Source: an uncultured Bacteroidales bacterium | Lineage (GTDB): Bacteria; Bacteroidota; Bacteroidia; Bacteroidales; VadinHA17 | Direction: 5' to 3' | Assembly (NCBI GenBank): GCA_963736735.1 | Contig: CAVTPX010000004.1 | Location: 51,941-115,940 of the forward strand | Length of the DNA: 64,000 nucleotides | In this document: positions 39,362 through 48,583 of the stretch, one piece after another | How the letters are laid out: each line of letters begins with the position of its first letter | How positions within the stretch are numbered: position 1 is the first letter of the stretch | Translations under genes and position numbers: made by a program | Notes under the pieces: generated by a model | Seen by the model: only the letters and a program-made list of their open reading frames with translations | What the model was told of the DNA's origin: nothing | Databases searched by the model: none

Positions 39362-41431
39362 ATGAAAGGAATAATCTCCGGTTCCCTGGCGAGGATGAGC
39401 ATTGTGCTCATCTTTGGCGCGGTTTTCATCACCTCAGCCTCAGCCTCAGCCTCAACCTCAACCTCAACCTCAGCCTCAACCTCAACCTCAGCATCCGGCT
39501 CCGGTAAATACGGCGATCCCACAGAGGTGAATAAGAGAATTGATCAGATAAGGCTTAACTCGGGCGGACTCGTAAAAGTGAATAAGCTGGCCGTTACTCC
39601 CGGCGGCGCTGACCTCCTTATGATGGAGATCGGCACCGGGGGGGCGAAGAACCCCGCGGTACTGGTAGTCGGTAACATGTCAGGGGTAACGCCTCTCTCA
39701 ACCGAGGCGGCACTGTCACTGGCTGAGAAAATTGTCGCTGACAAAAAAGCTGCATCCGGCATCACCTGGTACATAATACCATCGGGTAACCCTGATGCTG
39801 CTGCCGGCTATTTCCGTAAACCCTTATACTCCGACACCGGCAACGGCACTCCTTTCAATGATGACAATGACGACCAGACTGACGAGGACGGTTACAATGA
39901 CCTTGACGGGAACGGCATCATAACACAGATGCGTGTCAGAGTGCCCGACGGCACCTGGATACCTGTGACAGCAGAACAGCGTCTGATGCGCAAAGCAGAC
40001 CCTGCGAAGGGTGAGAAAGGGATGTATAAGTTGTACAGCGAAGGCATTGATGACGACGGCGACGGACAGTACAATGAAGATCCGGCAGGAGGCACAAATG
40101 TGAATATTAATTTTCCTCATCTTTTCAAGAGCTTCGGCAAGCGGAGCGGGCTATATCCCGGTTCGGCACCTGAGGTGACAGCAATAATGAAGTTTTCCTA
40201 TGATCATCCTGAAATTGCAATGGTCATGGCCTTCGGTTCGACAAATTTTCTTCTCGAGCCGCCCAAGGGTGGAAGAAAGGGTTCAGTGGACACTGAGAAT
40301 ATAAAGATCCCGGAAGAAGTGGGGAAGGCACTGGGGTTCGACGTCTCCCGTACTTATACGATGGCCGAGATAATGGAAGCCGTGCAGCCTATGCTGCCTC
40401 CGGGAATGGAAATCGATGAGGGGATGATTGCAAGTTTTCTCGGTCTCGGGGCAGTTGTGAATCCGATGCAGGAGGATCTCGCATTCTACAATAAAATATC
40501 GGAGGAATACAAGGAATATCTTAAAACGAAGGGGGTAAAGGAGGAAAGGTTTGATCCGGAGCAACCCGCCGACGGCTCTTTCGAGCTGTGGTCATATTAT
40601 CACCTCGGGGTACCGGTATTCACTATGGATATGTGGGCTCTGCCAAAACCGAAGGAGGAAACCAAAAACGCCAGCGGAATTACGATTGAATCACTGGAGA
40701 AGATGACATCTGACGAATTCATGGCACTGGGGGAGGAAAAGATCAACGCCTTTCTGAAGGAGCGCGGTGCTCCGGCACAGTACAACGCCAAAATGGTAAT
40801 GGGGATGATGAAGAGCGGGCAGGTGAAGCCGGCGCAGATGGCGGGAATGATGAAGCAGATGCCCGGACCTGCAAAGGATGAGCAGAAGGGCGACGCGAAG
40901 GAGGGAGCACAGCTGGCTTTCTCTGATAAATGGCTTGACGGCAAAGGTTTCGTGGCCTGGAAGCCCTATAAGCATCCCACCCTGGGAGATGTTGAAATCG
41001 GCGGTTTTGTTCCTTTCACCGATAATACCCCTCCGCCTGCAATGGTGGACTCACTCACAAACCTTCATCTTCCGTTCGTTTTCGAACTTGTGAAAAAGCT
41101 TCCTGTTCTGAAGATCAGTGAGACAAAAGTTATAAGCAGGGGCGGCGGAGTATACCAGCTGGAAGCATGGATAATGAATGACGGTTACCTTCCTTTCCCT
41201 ACTGCAATGGGCAAGCGTAATAAAATTCCGGCACCGGCAATACTGATCCTTGAAGGCGGCGGCATAGAGCTGCTGTCAGGCAGGATGCGAACGCCACTGA
41301 ATGATCTCGGGGGTAAGCAACTTGTGAAATTCACATGGCTTGTCAGGGCCACAAAGAAGGGCACGGTCACCCTTAAGCTCGAGTCGAAGCAGGCCGGCTC
41401 AGATACAGAAACAGTAAACATCGGAGGTTAG
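39362..41431 (+). CDS. M14 carboxypeptidase-like protein, probably catalytically inactive
   Basis: Paralogous to the next gene (DxDxDG repeats, HPxxGDVEIGG), but has GNMSGVTP, NINF and AFGS where the paralog has GNIHGNE, NRNW and AFHN. Confidence 0.75.
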   Translation: MKGIISGSLARMSIVLIFGAVFITSASASASTSTSTSASTSTSASGSGKYGDPTEVNKRIDQIRLNSGGLVKVNKLAVTPGGADLLMMEIGTGGAKNPAVLVVGNMSGVTPLSTEAALSLAEKIVADKKAASGITWYIIPSGNPDAAAGYFRKPLYSDTGNGTPFNDDNDDQTDEDGYNDLDGNGIITQMRVRVPDGTWIPVTAEQRLMRKADPAKGEKGMYKLYSEGIDDDGDGQYNEDPAGGTNVNINFPHLFKSFGKRSGLYPGSAPEVTAIMKFSYDHPEIAMVMAFGSTNFLLEPPKGGRKGSVDTENIKIPEEVGKALGFDVSRTYTMAEIMEAVQPMLPPGMEIDEGMIASFLGLGAVVNPMQEDLAFYNKISEEYKEYLKTKGVKEERFDPEQPADGSFELWSYYHLGVPVFTMDMWALPKPKEETKNASGITIESLEKMTSDEFMALGEEKINAFLKERGAPAQYNAKMVMGMMKSGQVKPAQMAGMMKQMPGPAKDEQKGDAKEGAQLAFSDKWLDGKGFVAWKPYKHPTLGDVEIGGFVPFTDNTPPPAMVDSLTNLHLPFVFELVKKLPVLKISETKVISRGGGVYQLEAWIMNDGYLPFPTAMGKRNKIPAPAILILEGGGIELLSGRMRTPLNDLGGKQLVKFTWLVRATKKGTVTLKLESKQAGSDTETVNIGG
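39432..39491 (+). repeat. In-frame hexamer repeat (CCTCAR)x10 encoding Ser-Ala/Ser-Thr
   Basis: Ten contiguous CCTCAG/CCTCAA units directly after the signal-peptide hydrophobic core. Confidence 0.9.
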
Positions 41432-41433
41432 CC

Positions 41434-43176
41434 ATGAAGAGACAAATATCATATATGACAGGGATCCTTTTACTTTTCACTTTCGCATTCTCAAATGCGC
41501 AGGAGATAAAGGTCCCGCTGCGGTTCGACCATTATTACAGCTATGACCAGGTGGTTGAGGCCCTGAAGGCTCTTAATGCCGCCTATCCGAAACTTACAAC
41601 GCTTGACCAGGTGGGTAAAAGCGAGGAGGGCAGGATAATATGGGCACTTACAATAAACAATCCTGCCACCGGAGAGCCTCTTTCCAAACCCGGGGTATAC
41701 GCTGACGGCAACATTCACGGCAACGAGATTCAGGCCGGCGAGGTCTGTCTTTACCTTGCAAACCGGCTGCTGACAGAATACGGTAAGCTGAAGGACATAA
41801 CTGAAGTGGTAGACCGCAATGCGTTTTATATTATCCCGGTGGTGAATGTGGACGGCAGGGCACATTTCTTTGAAGACGGCAATACCCCCAGTTCCAACAG
41901 GAGCATCAGGATTGCCGTTGATGATGACCGTGACGGACTCCTTGATGAGGATGGTCCTGACGATCTCGACGGTGACGGAAGCATAACAAACATGAGAATG
42001 CGCGATACCCTTGGCAGGATGAGGAGTGACCCGCAGGAACCGAGGCTGATGGTCGCGGTGAAGCCCGGAGAGAAGGGTGAGTGGACGGTTCTGGGTGAGG
42101 AAGGGATCGACAATGATGGCGACGGCCGGGTGAATGAGGATGCCGAGGGTTATCTCGACGGCAACCGCAACTGGGGATACAACTGGGAACCGCCTTATGT
42201 TCAGAGAGGCGCAGGCAACTATCCCTTCGAGGGCAGGGGGCTGAATGCAATTGCACAATGGATGCTGGCCCGGCAGAATATTATAATGGTATTCGCTTTC
42301 CACAACAACGGCGGAATGTACCTGAGAGGCCCTTCTTTCAAGTCGGCCGGTGAACTGCCGCAGGGAGACCTTGCCGTGTACAATTACCTGGGAGAGAATG
42401 TGGAAAAAATTGTACCGGGATATAAATACCTCATTAGCTGGAAGGATCTTTATACAACTTACGGTGATTTCACCGACTTCGCCAACAACCTTATCGGTAC
42501 TTACAGCTTCGTTGGGGAACTGTTCCAGCAGGAGTCGGAGACGTACGGTCCGGCAGTGCCTGAATCAGAGGGAGAGTCATCAATGTTCGGCAATTCTCCG
42601 GAGGCTGACAGGGCAAGACTTAAATTCAATGACAGGGTCACCCAGGGAGAGCTCTACAGGGTATGGAAGCCTTTTAAACATCCTGTTTATGGCGATGTTG
42701 AAATCGGTGGATGGGTCAAGATGAGTTCACGGCTGCCTCATCCGTTTATGCTGCAGGATCTTGTTCACAGGAATGCTTCGACCGTGATTTTCGCAGCACA
42801 GAACACACCTGATGTAAAGATGAATGTTCTTGAAGTGAAAAAGGTTGACGGGAATCTTTACAGGGTGAGGGTGCGGCTGGTTAACAGCAATGCGATGCCC
42901 TCAGTGACCTACCAGACTCTGAAGAACAAACTTTATCCCAATGACATATTAAGCGTCACAGGTGCGTCGGCGAAGGTTGTCAGCGGAGGAAAGATTACAG
43001 ATATTTACACTGATAAGGTAGAGTACAAGGAGTACAAACCTGAGATTCAGTTCTGCCAGGTACCAGGGATGGGGAAGGTCGAATACCAGTTCTTAATCAC
43101 CGGAAAGGGAAGCGTTGAAATTAAATTTGAATCGCGCAAAGCCGGGACCCGGAAGGTGACAGTGGAGCTGAAGTAA
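41434..43176 (+). CDS. M14 family zinc carboxypeptidase, secreted
   Basis: Signal peptide SNA-Q; HGNE zinc motif; NVDG; NRN; FAFH; Asp-rich DxDxDG loops. Confidence 0.9.
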   Translation: MKRQISYMTGILLLFTFAFSNAQEIKVPLRFDHYYSYDQVVEALKALNAAYPKLTTLDQVGKSEEGRIIWALTINNPATGEPLSKPGVYADGNIHGNEIQAGEVCLYLANRLLTEYGKLKDITEVVDRNAFYIIPVVNVDGRAHFFEDGNTPSSNRSIRIAVDDDRDGLLDEDGPDDLDGDGSITNMRMRDTLGRMRSDPQEPRLMVAVKPGEKGEWTVLGEEGIDNDGDGRVNEDAEGYLDGNRNWGYNWEPPYVQRGAGNYPFEGRGLNAIAQWMLARQNIIMVFAFHNNGGMYLRGPSFKSAGELPQGDLAVYNYLGENVEKIVPGYKYLISWKDLYTTYGDFTDFANNLIGTYSFVGELFQQESETYGPAVPESEGESSMFGNSPEADRARLKFNDRVTQGELYRVWKPFKHPVYGDVEIGGWVKMSSRLPHPFMLQDLVHRNASTVIFAAQNTPDVKMNVLEVKKVDGNLYRVRVRLVNSNAMPSVTYQTLKNKLYPNDILSVTGASAKVVSGGKITDIYTDKVEYKEYKPEIQFCQVPGMGKVEYQFLITGKGSVEIKFESRKAGTRKVTVELK

Positions 43177-43188
43177 AGAAGGAAAAAG

Positions 43189-43225
43189 AATAAAGGGTCA
43201 GCGCAACTGCGCCTGACCCTTTATT
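43189..43225. terminator. Bidirectional intrinsic terminator
   Basis: AATAAAGGGTCAG...CTGACCCTTTATT between convergent genes; followed by AAAACTC heptamer repeats at ~43228-43255. Confidence 0.8.
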
Positions 43226-43252
43226 ACAAACTAAAACTCAAAACTCAAAAAC

Positions 43253-43861
43253 TCAGACCTTTTTCCATTTAAGCGAACAGCCGATGGCTTTGGTTCCTGC
43301 CATGGCTATCGGTTTGCCGCTTATAAGACTGTTTACCGCATCAGCCAGATAGTGTTTGTCAGCCGCCGAAGCATTGTCAGCATTGTTGTCGATGGCTCCC
43401 ACGTACTCAACTTTCAACTTACCGTCGGTTTTAGAAAGCAGATAAACGTGCGGTGTATTTGTCGCACCGTACTTCCTGGCTACATCCTGCGACTCATCGT
43501 AGAGGTACTGAAAAGCATATTTCTTTTCTGCTGCTTTTTTCTGCATCTCTTCATAGGAGTCTCCGGGAGAGACACCCTTGTCATTGCTGTTGATTGCAAT
43601 CACAGGAAATCCTTTACCGGCAAATTCCTCATTCAGTTTTACAAGCCTTTCATCATATTTCTTCACAACAGGACATGTGTTGCACCAGAAGACTACAATA
43701 AACCCTTTCGCATCAGTGAACTGTGCAAGAGATACCAGCTCACCCTTCACATTTTTCAGTTTGAAATCTGAGGCAATGTCACCTGCTTTATAAGCAGACT
43801 GTGCGCCTGCAGTCATCGGCAATAATATGCCTATCAATAATAACCAGAGATACTTTTTCAT
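43253..43861 (-). CDS. Thioredoxin-fold AhpC/TSA-like protein
   Basis: FWCNTCP, YGATNTPH, YVGAID, AIGCSLK; signal peptide. Confidence 0.88.
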   Translation of the reverse strand: MKKYLWLLLIGILLPMTAGAQSAYKAGDIASDFKLKNVKGELVSLAQFTDAKGFIVVFWCNTCPVVKKYDERLVKLNEEFAGKGFPVIAINSNDKGVSPGDSYEEMQKKAAEKKYAFQYLYDESQDVARKYGATNTPHVYLLSKTDGKLKVEYVGAIDNNADNASAADKHYLADAVNSLISGKPIAMAGTKAIGCSLKWKKV

Positions 43862-43887
43862 GATTTTAAGATTTAAATGTTTGACAT

Positions 43888-44385
43888 TCACAAAGATTTA
43901 ATAATCAATTCCCGGAGTTGTTTTTCGTCAAGCTCTTCGGGATGGAAACTTCTGATTTTTTTTGCATTATTTATTACAAGTGTGGCGGGAATGTTACCCT
44001 GCCAGCCTGGATCGACAGTGTCTATCCACAGATTGTAGTCGGTGTCTGTCATTACAGCCACTTCATGGGTGATTTTATTCTTTTTCAGGAATGGTATGAG
44101 CTTCCCTTCAATTTCGCTGGGGAAATCGAGGCTGATGAGAAAGAATGTAACCTCATCCCTGTCAAACTCTTTCGATATCTTTTCAAAGTGCGGCAATTCC
44201 TTTACGCAGGGAGCGCACCAGGAAGCCCAGAAGTTTATCACAGAGAGCTTATCTTCCTTGTTTTTCAGGATCTTTTCCAGGTCAGATGTCTTTATATATT
44301 CAACCTTCTGTCCGGACACAGTCAGAGAACAGGCTAGCCCGGCAACGGCTACAATAAGGGAGAATAACAGAAATCTGGTCTTCAT
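43888..44385 (-). CDS. TlpA-like thiol:disulfide oxidoreductase
   Basis: NFWASWCAPCVKELP, IPAT. Confidence 0.9.
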   Translation of the reverse strand: MKTRFLLFSLIVAVAGLACSLTVSGQKVEYIKTSDLEKILKNKEDKLSVINFWASWCAPCVKELPHFEKISKEFDRDEVTFFLISLDFPSEIEGKLIPFLKKNKITHEVAVMTDTDYNLWIDTVDPGWQGNIPATLVINNAKKIRSFHPEELDEKQLRELIIKSL

Positions 44386-44463
44386 AACAGACTCTTTTTT
44401 ATAATAACCCAAAAATGGCGTATGTGTTCATTTGGTAGGGCTGAATTTCCCTGAAATATGTAC

Positions 44464-44817
44464 AGCATGGAGCATGGAGCATGGGGCATGGGGAACCCCG
44501 AAGGGGTGACATTATGATAGGTAAGGAGAATAGAGTGCCTCTAAACCCCGAAGGGGTGACATTATGATAGGTAAGGAGAATAGAGTGCCTCTGAACTCCG
44601 AAGGAGTGACATTATGATAGGTAAGGAGAATAGAGTGCCTCTGAACTCCGAAGGAGTGACATTATGATAGGTAAGGAGAATAGAGTGCCTCTGAACCCCG
44701 AAGGGGTGACATTATGATAGGTAAGGAGAATAGAGTGCCTCTGAACTCCGAAGGGGGACCGAGCGTAAGGAAAATGCCCTGTGGGCATTTTTAGCGAGGG
44801 GACAGACAGTGGGTAGG
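44464..44817 (+). repeat. Heptamer run, then five 50-bp tandem units containing element A (44493-44742), a partial sixth unit, and element B (44760-44817)
   Basis: Unit RAAC(C/T)CCGAAGG(G/A)GTGACATTATGATAGGTAAGGAGAATAGAGTGCCTCT starting at 44493, 44543, 44593, 44643 and 44693. Confidence 0.95.
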
Positions 44818-45749
44818 CTATAGCTTGCGGAGCATCATATCCCTCTCCGCGAAAATCTCCTGCGCCCTGTCAATCGTTACCTCCCGGAACCGGATTATGT
44901 CTCCCGGCTTCATCTGTGCAACAAGTGTCAGATCGGCGGAGATGACACATGCGATACGGGTATAACCCCCGGTGGTCTGTCTGTCTGCCATCAGGATGAT
45001 AGGCTGACCGTTGCCCGGCACCTGTACTGTACCACGCGAGATACCGGACGAGATAATATCTGCCCCGGCTTCCGTGTGTGCAACTGGACTTTCCGGAGAG
45101 GCGATATCCCATACGGTCACTCTTTTCGGTGATCCTGTATTCAGAAGTGAGGAAGTTGTGAATTCCCTCCATCGTGAAACGGTTTACCTCAGGACCGGAA
45201 ATGATCCTTATAGTCTGGTCTGACTGATATCTCGGTATAAGTCCTTCAGGAATTGCTGCTTCCCTGATTCCGCCCTTCGTCTCCCCCAACTGCAGTTCGT
45301 CGCCTGCTTCAAGTGCCCTGCCAGCGAATCCCCCCAGATTTGCCCTCAGGTAGGTCGAACGGCTTCCCATAACTTCCGGCACGTTTATCCCTCCCGCAAA
45401 AGCGATGTATGTTCTGAATCCGTTTTTCAACCGTGAGAAGGAAAGTGTATCTCCCCGTCCAACCTTCAGAGCCCTGTTGATTGATACCGGCACACCGTTG
45501 AGAGCCGGGCCCATGTCTGCTCCGGTCAGTAGCAATGGCGCCGTCAGCTGTAAACTGAATCTCAGGTCCCGTAAATGTTGTCTCGAGGCATGCAGCATCC
45601 AAGTCATTTCCAACAAGCAAATTGGCAAGCCGGAGAGAGAAGACGTCCATTGCACCTGCAATGGGCATTCCGTAGCGCTGGTATCCGTATCTTCCTTTAT
45701 CCTGGACAGTGGTCAGCATTCCTGCTGACTTTATAATAACTGATGGCAT
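44818..45749 (-). CDS. pxpC: 5-oxoprolinase subunit C; +1 frameshifts near 45530 and 45090
   Basis: TTVQDKGRYGYQRYG, GSRSTY, SDRMGYRL, GTVQVPGNGQPIILMADRQTTGGY. Confidence 0.88.
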
Positions 45750-45751
45750 GA

Positions 45752-46489
45752 TCAGGCGGTTTTGATTCGTTTCAGGTTGTAAATCCCCTTTTTTAATTCT
45801 TCGGTTATGGTCCCGAATTCATTTTCCGTTACCGGTACGAACCGGATACTGTCACCGGCACTGAAGAGGAACTCAGGTTTTCTCTCGGGATTGAAAAGCT
45901 GCAGCGGGGTTTTTCCGATGAGGTGCCAGCCGCCCGGGCTTTCGATAGGGTAGATCCCGGACTGGTTGCCGGCAATGCCCACCGAACCTGCCGGTATTTT
46001 TAACCGCGGCGCCTGTCTTCGCGGCGTATCCAGACGCTTGTCCATGCCTCCAAGATAGCAGAATCCGGGTGTGAATCCGAGCATATATACAAGGTAGGTG
46101 ACCGAACTGTGTATCTTGACAACATCCTCCGGAAGCAGGTAATTATGGTCTGCAACATCCTGAATGTCAGGTCCGTATTCGCCGCCGTAAAGCACCGGGA
46201 CATCAACCGTATAGGCATCGGGTAATTCAACCGCACCGATGTCATTACCGCAGGCACGCAAAATGTCAAGGAGATGACGGTAACCTGTAACAGTCGGGTC
46301 ATAGCAAACCATCAGCTCATTATAGGAAGGGATGAAGTCAGTTACTCCTTCGATTTTCCAGTTTTCCAGGCTCACAAGCAGTTTCCTGACTGTGTTGTTT
46401 ACTTCCCCGGATATGCCTTCGCCGGCTTTTATTATGAATGCTGAATCGCCGGAGGGAATATATTGCAGCGTAAGTTTATCCTTTTCCAT
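45752..46489 (-). CDS. pxpB: 5-oxoprolinase subunit B
   Basis: PVLYGGEYGPD, VYMLGFTPGFCYL, GSVGIAG, SPGGW. Confidence 0.92.
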   Translation of the reverse strand: MEKDKLTLQYIPSGDSAFIIKAGEGISGEVNNTVRKLLVSLENWKIEGVTDFIPSYNELMVCYDPTVTGYRHLLDILRACGNDIGAVELPDAYTVDVPVLYGGEYGPDIQDVADHNYLLPEDVVKIHSSVTYLVYMLGFTPGFCYLGGMDKRLDTPRRQAPRLKIPAGSVGIAGNQSGIYPIESPGGWHLIGKTPLQLFNPERKPEFLFSAGDSIRFVPVTENEFGTITEELKKGIYNLKRIKTA

Positions 46490-47237
46490 AATACTTCAGT
46501 TCTATTCCTCTTTTTTTGAAGGTCTCCGCAAGATTTGAAGCAAATGCGGCGGCCATTTCATTATCGCCGTGGATGCAGACCGTATCTGCTTCAATCGGGA
46601 TTATCTTACCGGTAATTGAAAGGACGGTCTTTTCGGTTATCATTCTCACCGCTCTTTCGATCACGGTTGCGGTATCATGCAGCACCGCTCCAGCAATGCT
46701 TCTCGACACGAGTGTGCCGTCATCGTTGTACGCCCTGTCGGCAAAGACCTCAGAAGCACAATTGAGGCCTGAATCCCGGGCGGCCCTTATAAGTTCAGAG
46801 CCTGACAGCCCCACAAGTGTAAGGGTCTTGTCGAGGTCGCGCACAGCCTGAGCTATTACAGTTGCCATTTCATAATCCGTGGCTGCGGCATTATAGAGTG
46901 CCCCGTGTGGTTTGACATGATGCATCTTTCCGCCGGCAGCTTCAGTTATGCCTTTCACGGCACCGGCCTGATACAGTATAAGGGCCCTGAGTTCTTCGTT
47001 ACTCATCGTCACGGGTCTCCGTCCGAACCCTTCGCGGTCAGGGTAGCCTGGGTGTGCGCCAATGGCAACCCCGTGCCTGATTGCCGACTTAACTGACATT
47101 TCAATTGTCAGGGGGTCACCAGCATGAAAGCCGCAGGCGATGTTGGCTGACGTAATAAACGGCATCACCGCTTCATCTGCAGAGGTGTCACCAGGTCCGC
47201 ATCCTTCGCCCAGATCACAGTTAATATCAATATGCAT
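46476..47237 (-). CDS. pxpA: 5-oxoprolinase subunit A (LamB/YcsF family)
   Basis: DINCDLGE, ANIACGFHAGDP, GAHPGYPD, HVKPHGALYN, CIHGD. Confidence 0.95.
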   Translation of the reverse strand: MHIDINCDLGEGCGPGDTSADEAVMPFITSANIACGFHAGDPLTIEMSVKSAIRHGVAIGAHPGYPDREGFGRRPVTMSNEELRALILYQAGAVKGITEAAGGKMHHVKPHGALYNAAATDYEMATVIAQAVRDLDKTLTLVGLSGSELIRAARDSGLNCASEVFADRAYNDDGTLVSRSIAGAVLHDTATVIERAVRMITEKTVLSITGKIIPIEADTVCIHGDNEMAAAFASNLAETFKKRGIELKYYGKG

Positions 47238-47249
47238 TTTCCGGGTTTC

Positions 47250-48491
47250 TCATATAACCCCGAAGATATGCAAAATGGTTCTCAATCCGAGGGTCACTGC
47301 AACCAAAACTACTGCAACACCCGCAATATTTGACCAGAGGGTGTTTATGCCGGTGCCCATGATCTTCCGGCTGTTCATTACACTCAGAAGATATATGGCT
47401 ATTACGGGCAGAAGTATCCCGTTAGCTGCCTGTGCAAAAACGATTGCTTCGAGAGGTTTGAATCCAGCCAGTGAAAAGGTCACACCCGTAATGAGAATAA
47501 ACATCCAAATTAACCTGAAGCGCCAGGATGTCAGATCCCTCTTCCATCCCAGTATCCCTGAGGTAGCATAGGCTGCTGCCAGAGGGGCTGTGATGGCCGA
47601 CGATATTCCGGCTGCAAAGAGTCCTCCGCTGACGAAATATTTTGCTGTGCTGCCCAGAAGCGGTTCAAGCTGTTTACCCAGGTCAGCGGCACCGGTGACA
47701 GTGTTGCCGGTTCCAAAGAATGCGACGGCAGAGGTCACCACAATTGCCATCGATATTAGTCCGCCCAGAATCACGGAGACAGAAATGTCGAGCCGTGCTT
47801 CGGGGAGATCATCAGGGCTGTTCCACCGCTCCCTGACAGCAGAGGCGTGAAGGAAGAGATTGTACGGTACCACGGTTGTGCCTATGAGACCTATCAATGC
47901 GACTACTGATCCATCAGGGAGAGTCGGGATGAACATACCTTTGAGCAGAGGAAGTATTTGCGGCGCAATTATCACGGCTGTGGTCAGGAAGGTGAGGCTC
48001 ATCACAATAACCAGCCCGATGAGAACTCTTTCGAGCAGTTTGTAGCTTCCAACGAGGAGTAGAATAAATGCAGTTGCCCCGGTTATTGTAACCCAGAACC
48101 TCAGTGTCAGTCCGGGGTTATTGAACAGCCCCTGTATTCCCAGTGATGCACCGAGGATGTTTCCGGTTTCAAAGGCTGCATTGCCGATTGTGATTGCGGA
48201 AATTACAAGCAGGGCAGTCATAAATCGAGGCAGCGGTTTTGCAAACTGTTTTCTGAGAGCCTCGCCCAGCCCCTGATGGGTTATTATGCCGAGCCTCGCT
48301 GCCATTTCCTGAAGTACTATGGTCGCTAAAACTGAGAAGAGCAGCCCCCAAAGCAATGCAAATCCGAAACTGGCACCAGCCAGCGAGCAGGTTGTAATGG
48401 TTCCTGGGCCTATAAATGCGGCAGTTACAAGGGCGCCGGGACCGAATCTGAAAGCCTTTCGTTTCTTAATTTTCTGAGTTTCGCCGTTCAT
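47250..48491 (-). CDS. NRAMP-like (YcsG-type) transporter, probably for 5-oxoproline uptake
   Basis: GPGALVTAAFIGPGTIT, GTTVVPYN; first gene of the pxp operon. Confidence 0.85.
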   Translation of the reverse strand: MNGETQKIKKRKAFRFGPGALVTAAFIGPGTITTCSLAGASFGFALLWGLLFSVLATIVLQEMAARLGIITHQGLGEALRKQFAKPLPRFMTALLVISAITIGNAAFETGNILGASLGIQGLFNNPGLTLRFWVTITGATAFILLLVGSYKLLERVLIGLVIVMSLTFLTTAVIIAPQILPLLKGMFIPTLPDGSVVALIGLIGTTVVPYNLFLHASAVRERWNSPDDLPEARLDISVSVILGGLISMAIVVTSAVAFFGTGNTVTGAADLGKQLEPLLGSTAKYFVSGGLFAAGISSAITAPLAAAYATSGILGWKRDLTSWRFRLIWMFILITGVTFSLAGFKPLEAIVFAQAANGILLPVIAIYLLSVMNSRKIMGTGINTLWSNIAGVAVVLVAVTLGLRTILHIFGVI

Positions 48492-48583
48492 AAAAGCTGA
48501 CTAATTTTTCAATGAGGATGATAAAAGTATAAAGAATAATGAGAAAAGCTGTAATTTAGATATTGAGTACGCAATCGAATATC

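Noticed and set aside
44493-44756. CRISPR array
   Set aside because: The sequences between hairpins are identical rather than unique spacers, the variation lies within the palindrome, there are no cas genes, and the same motif is dispersed singly elsewhere.
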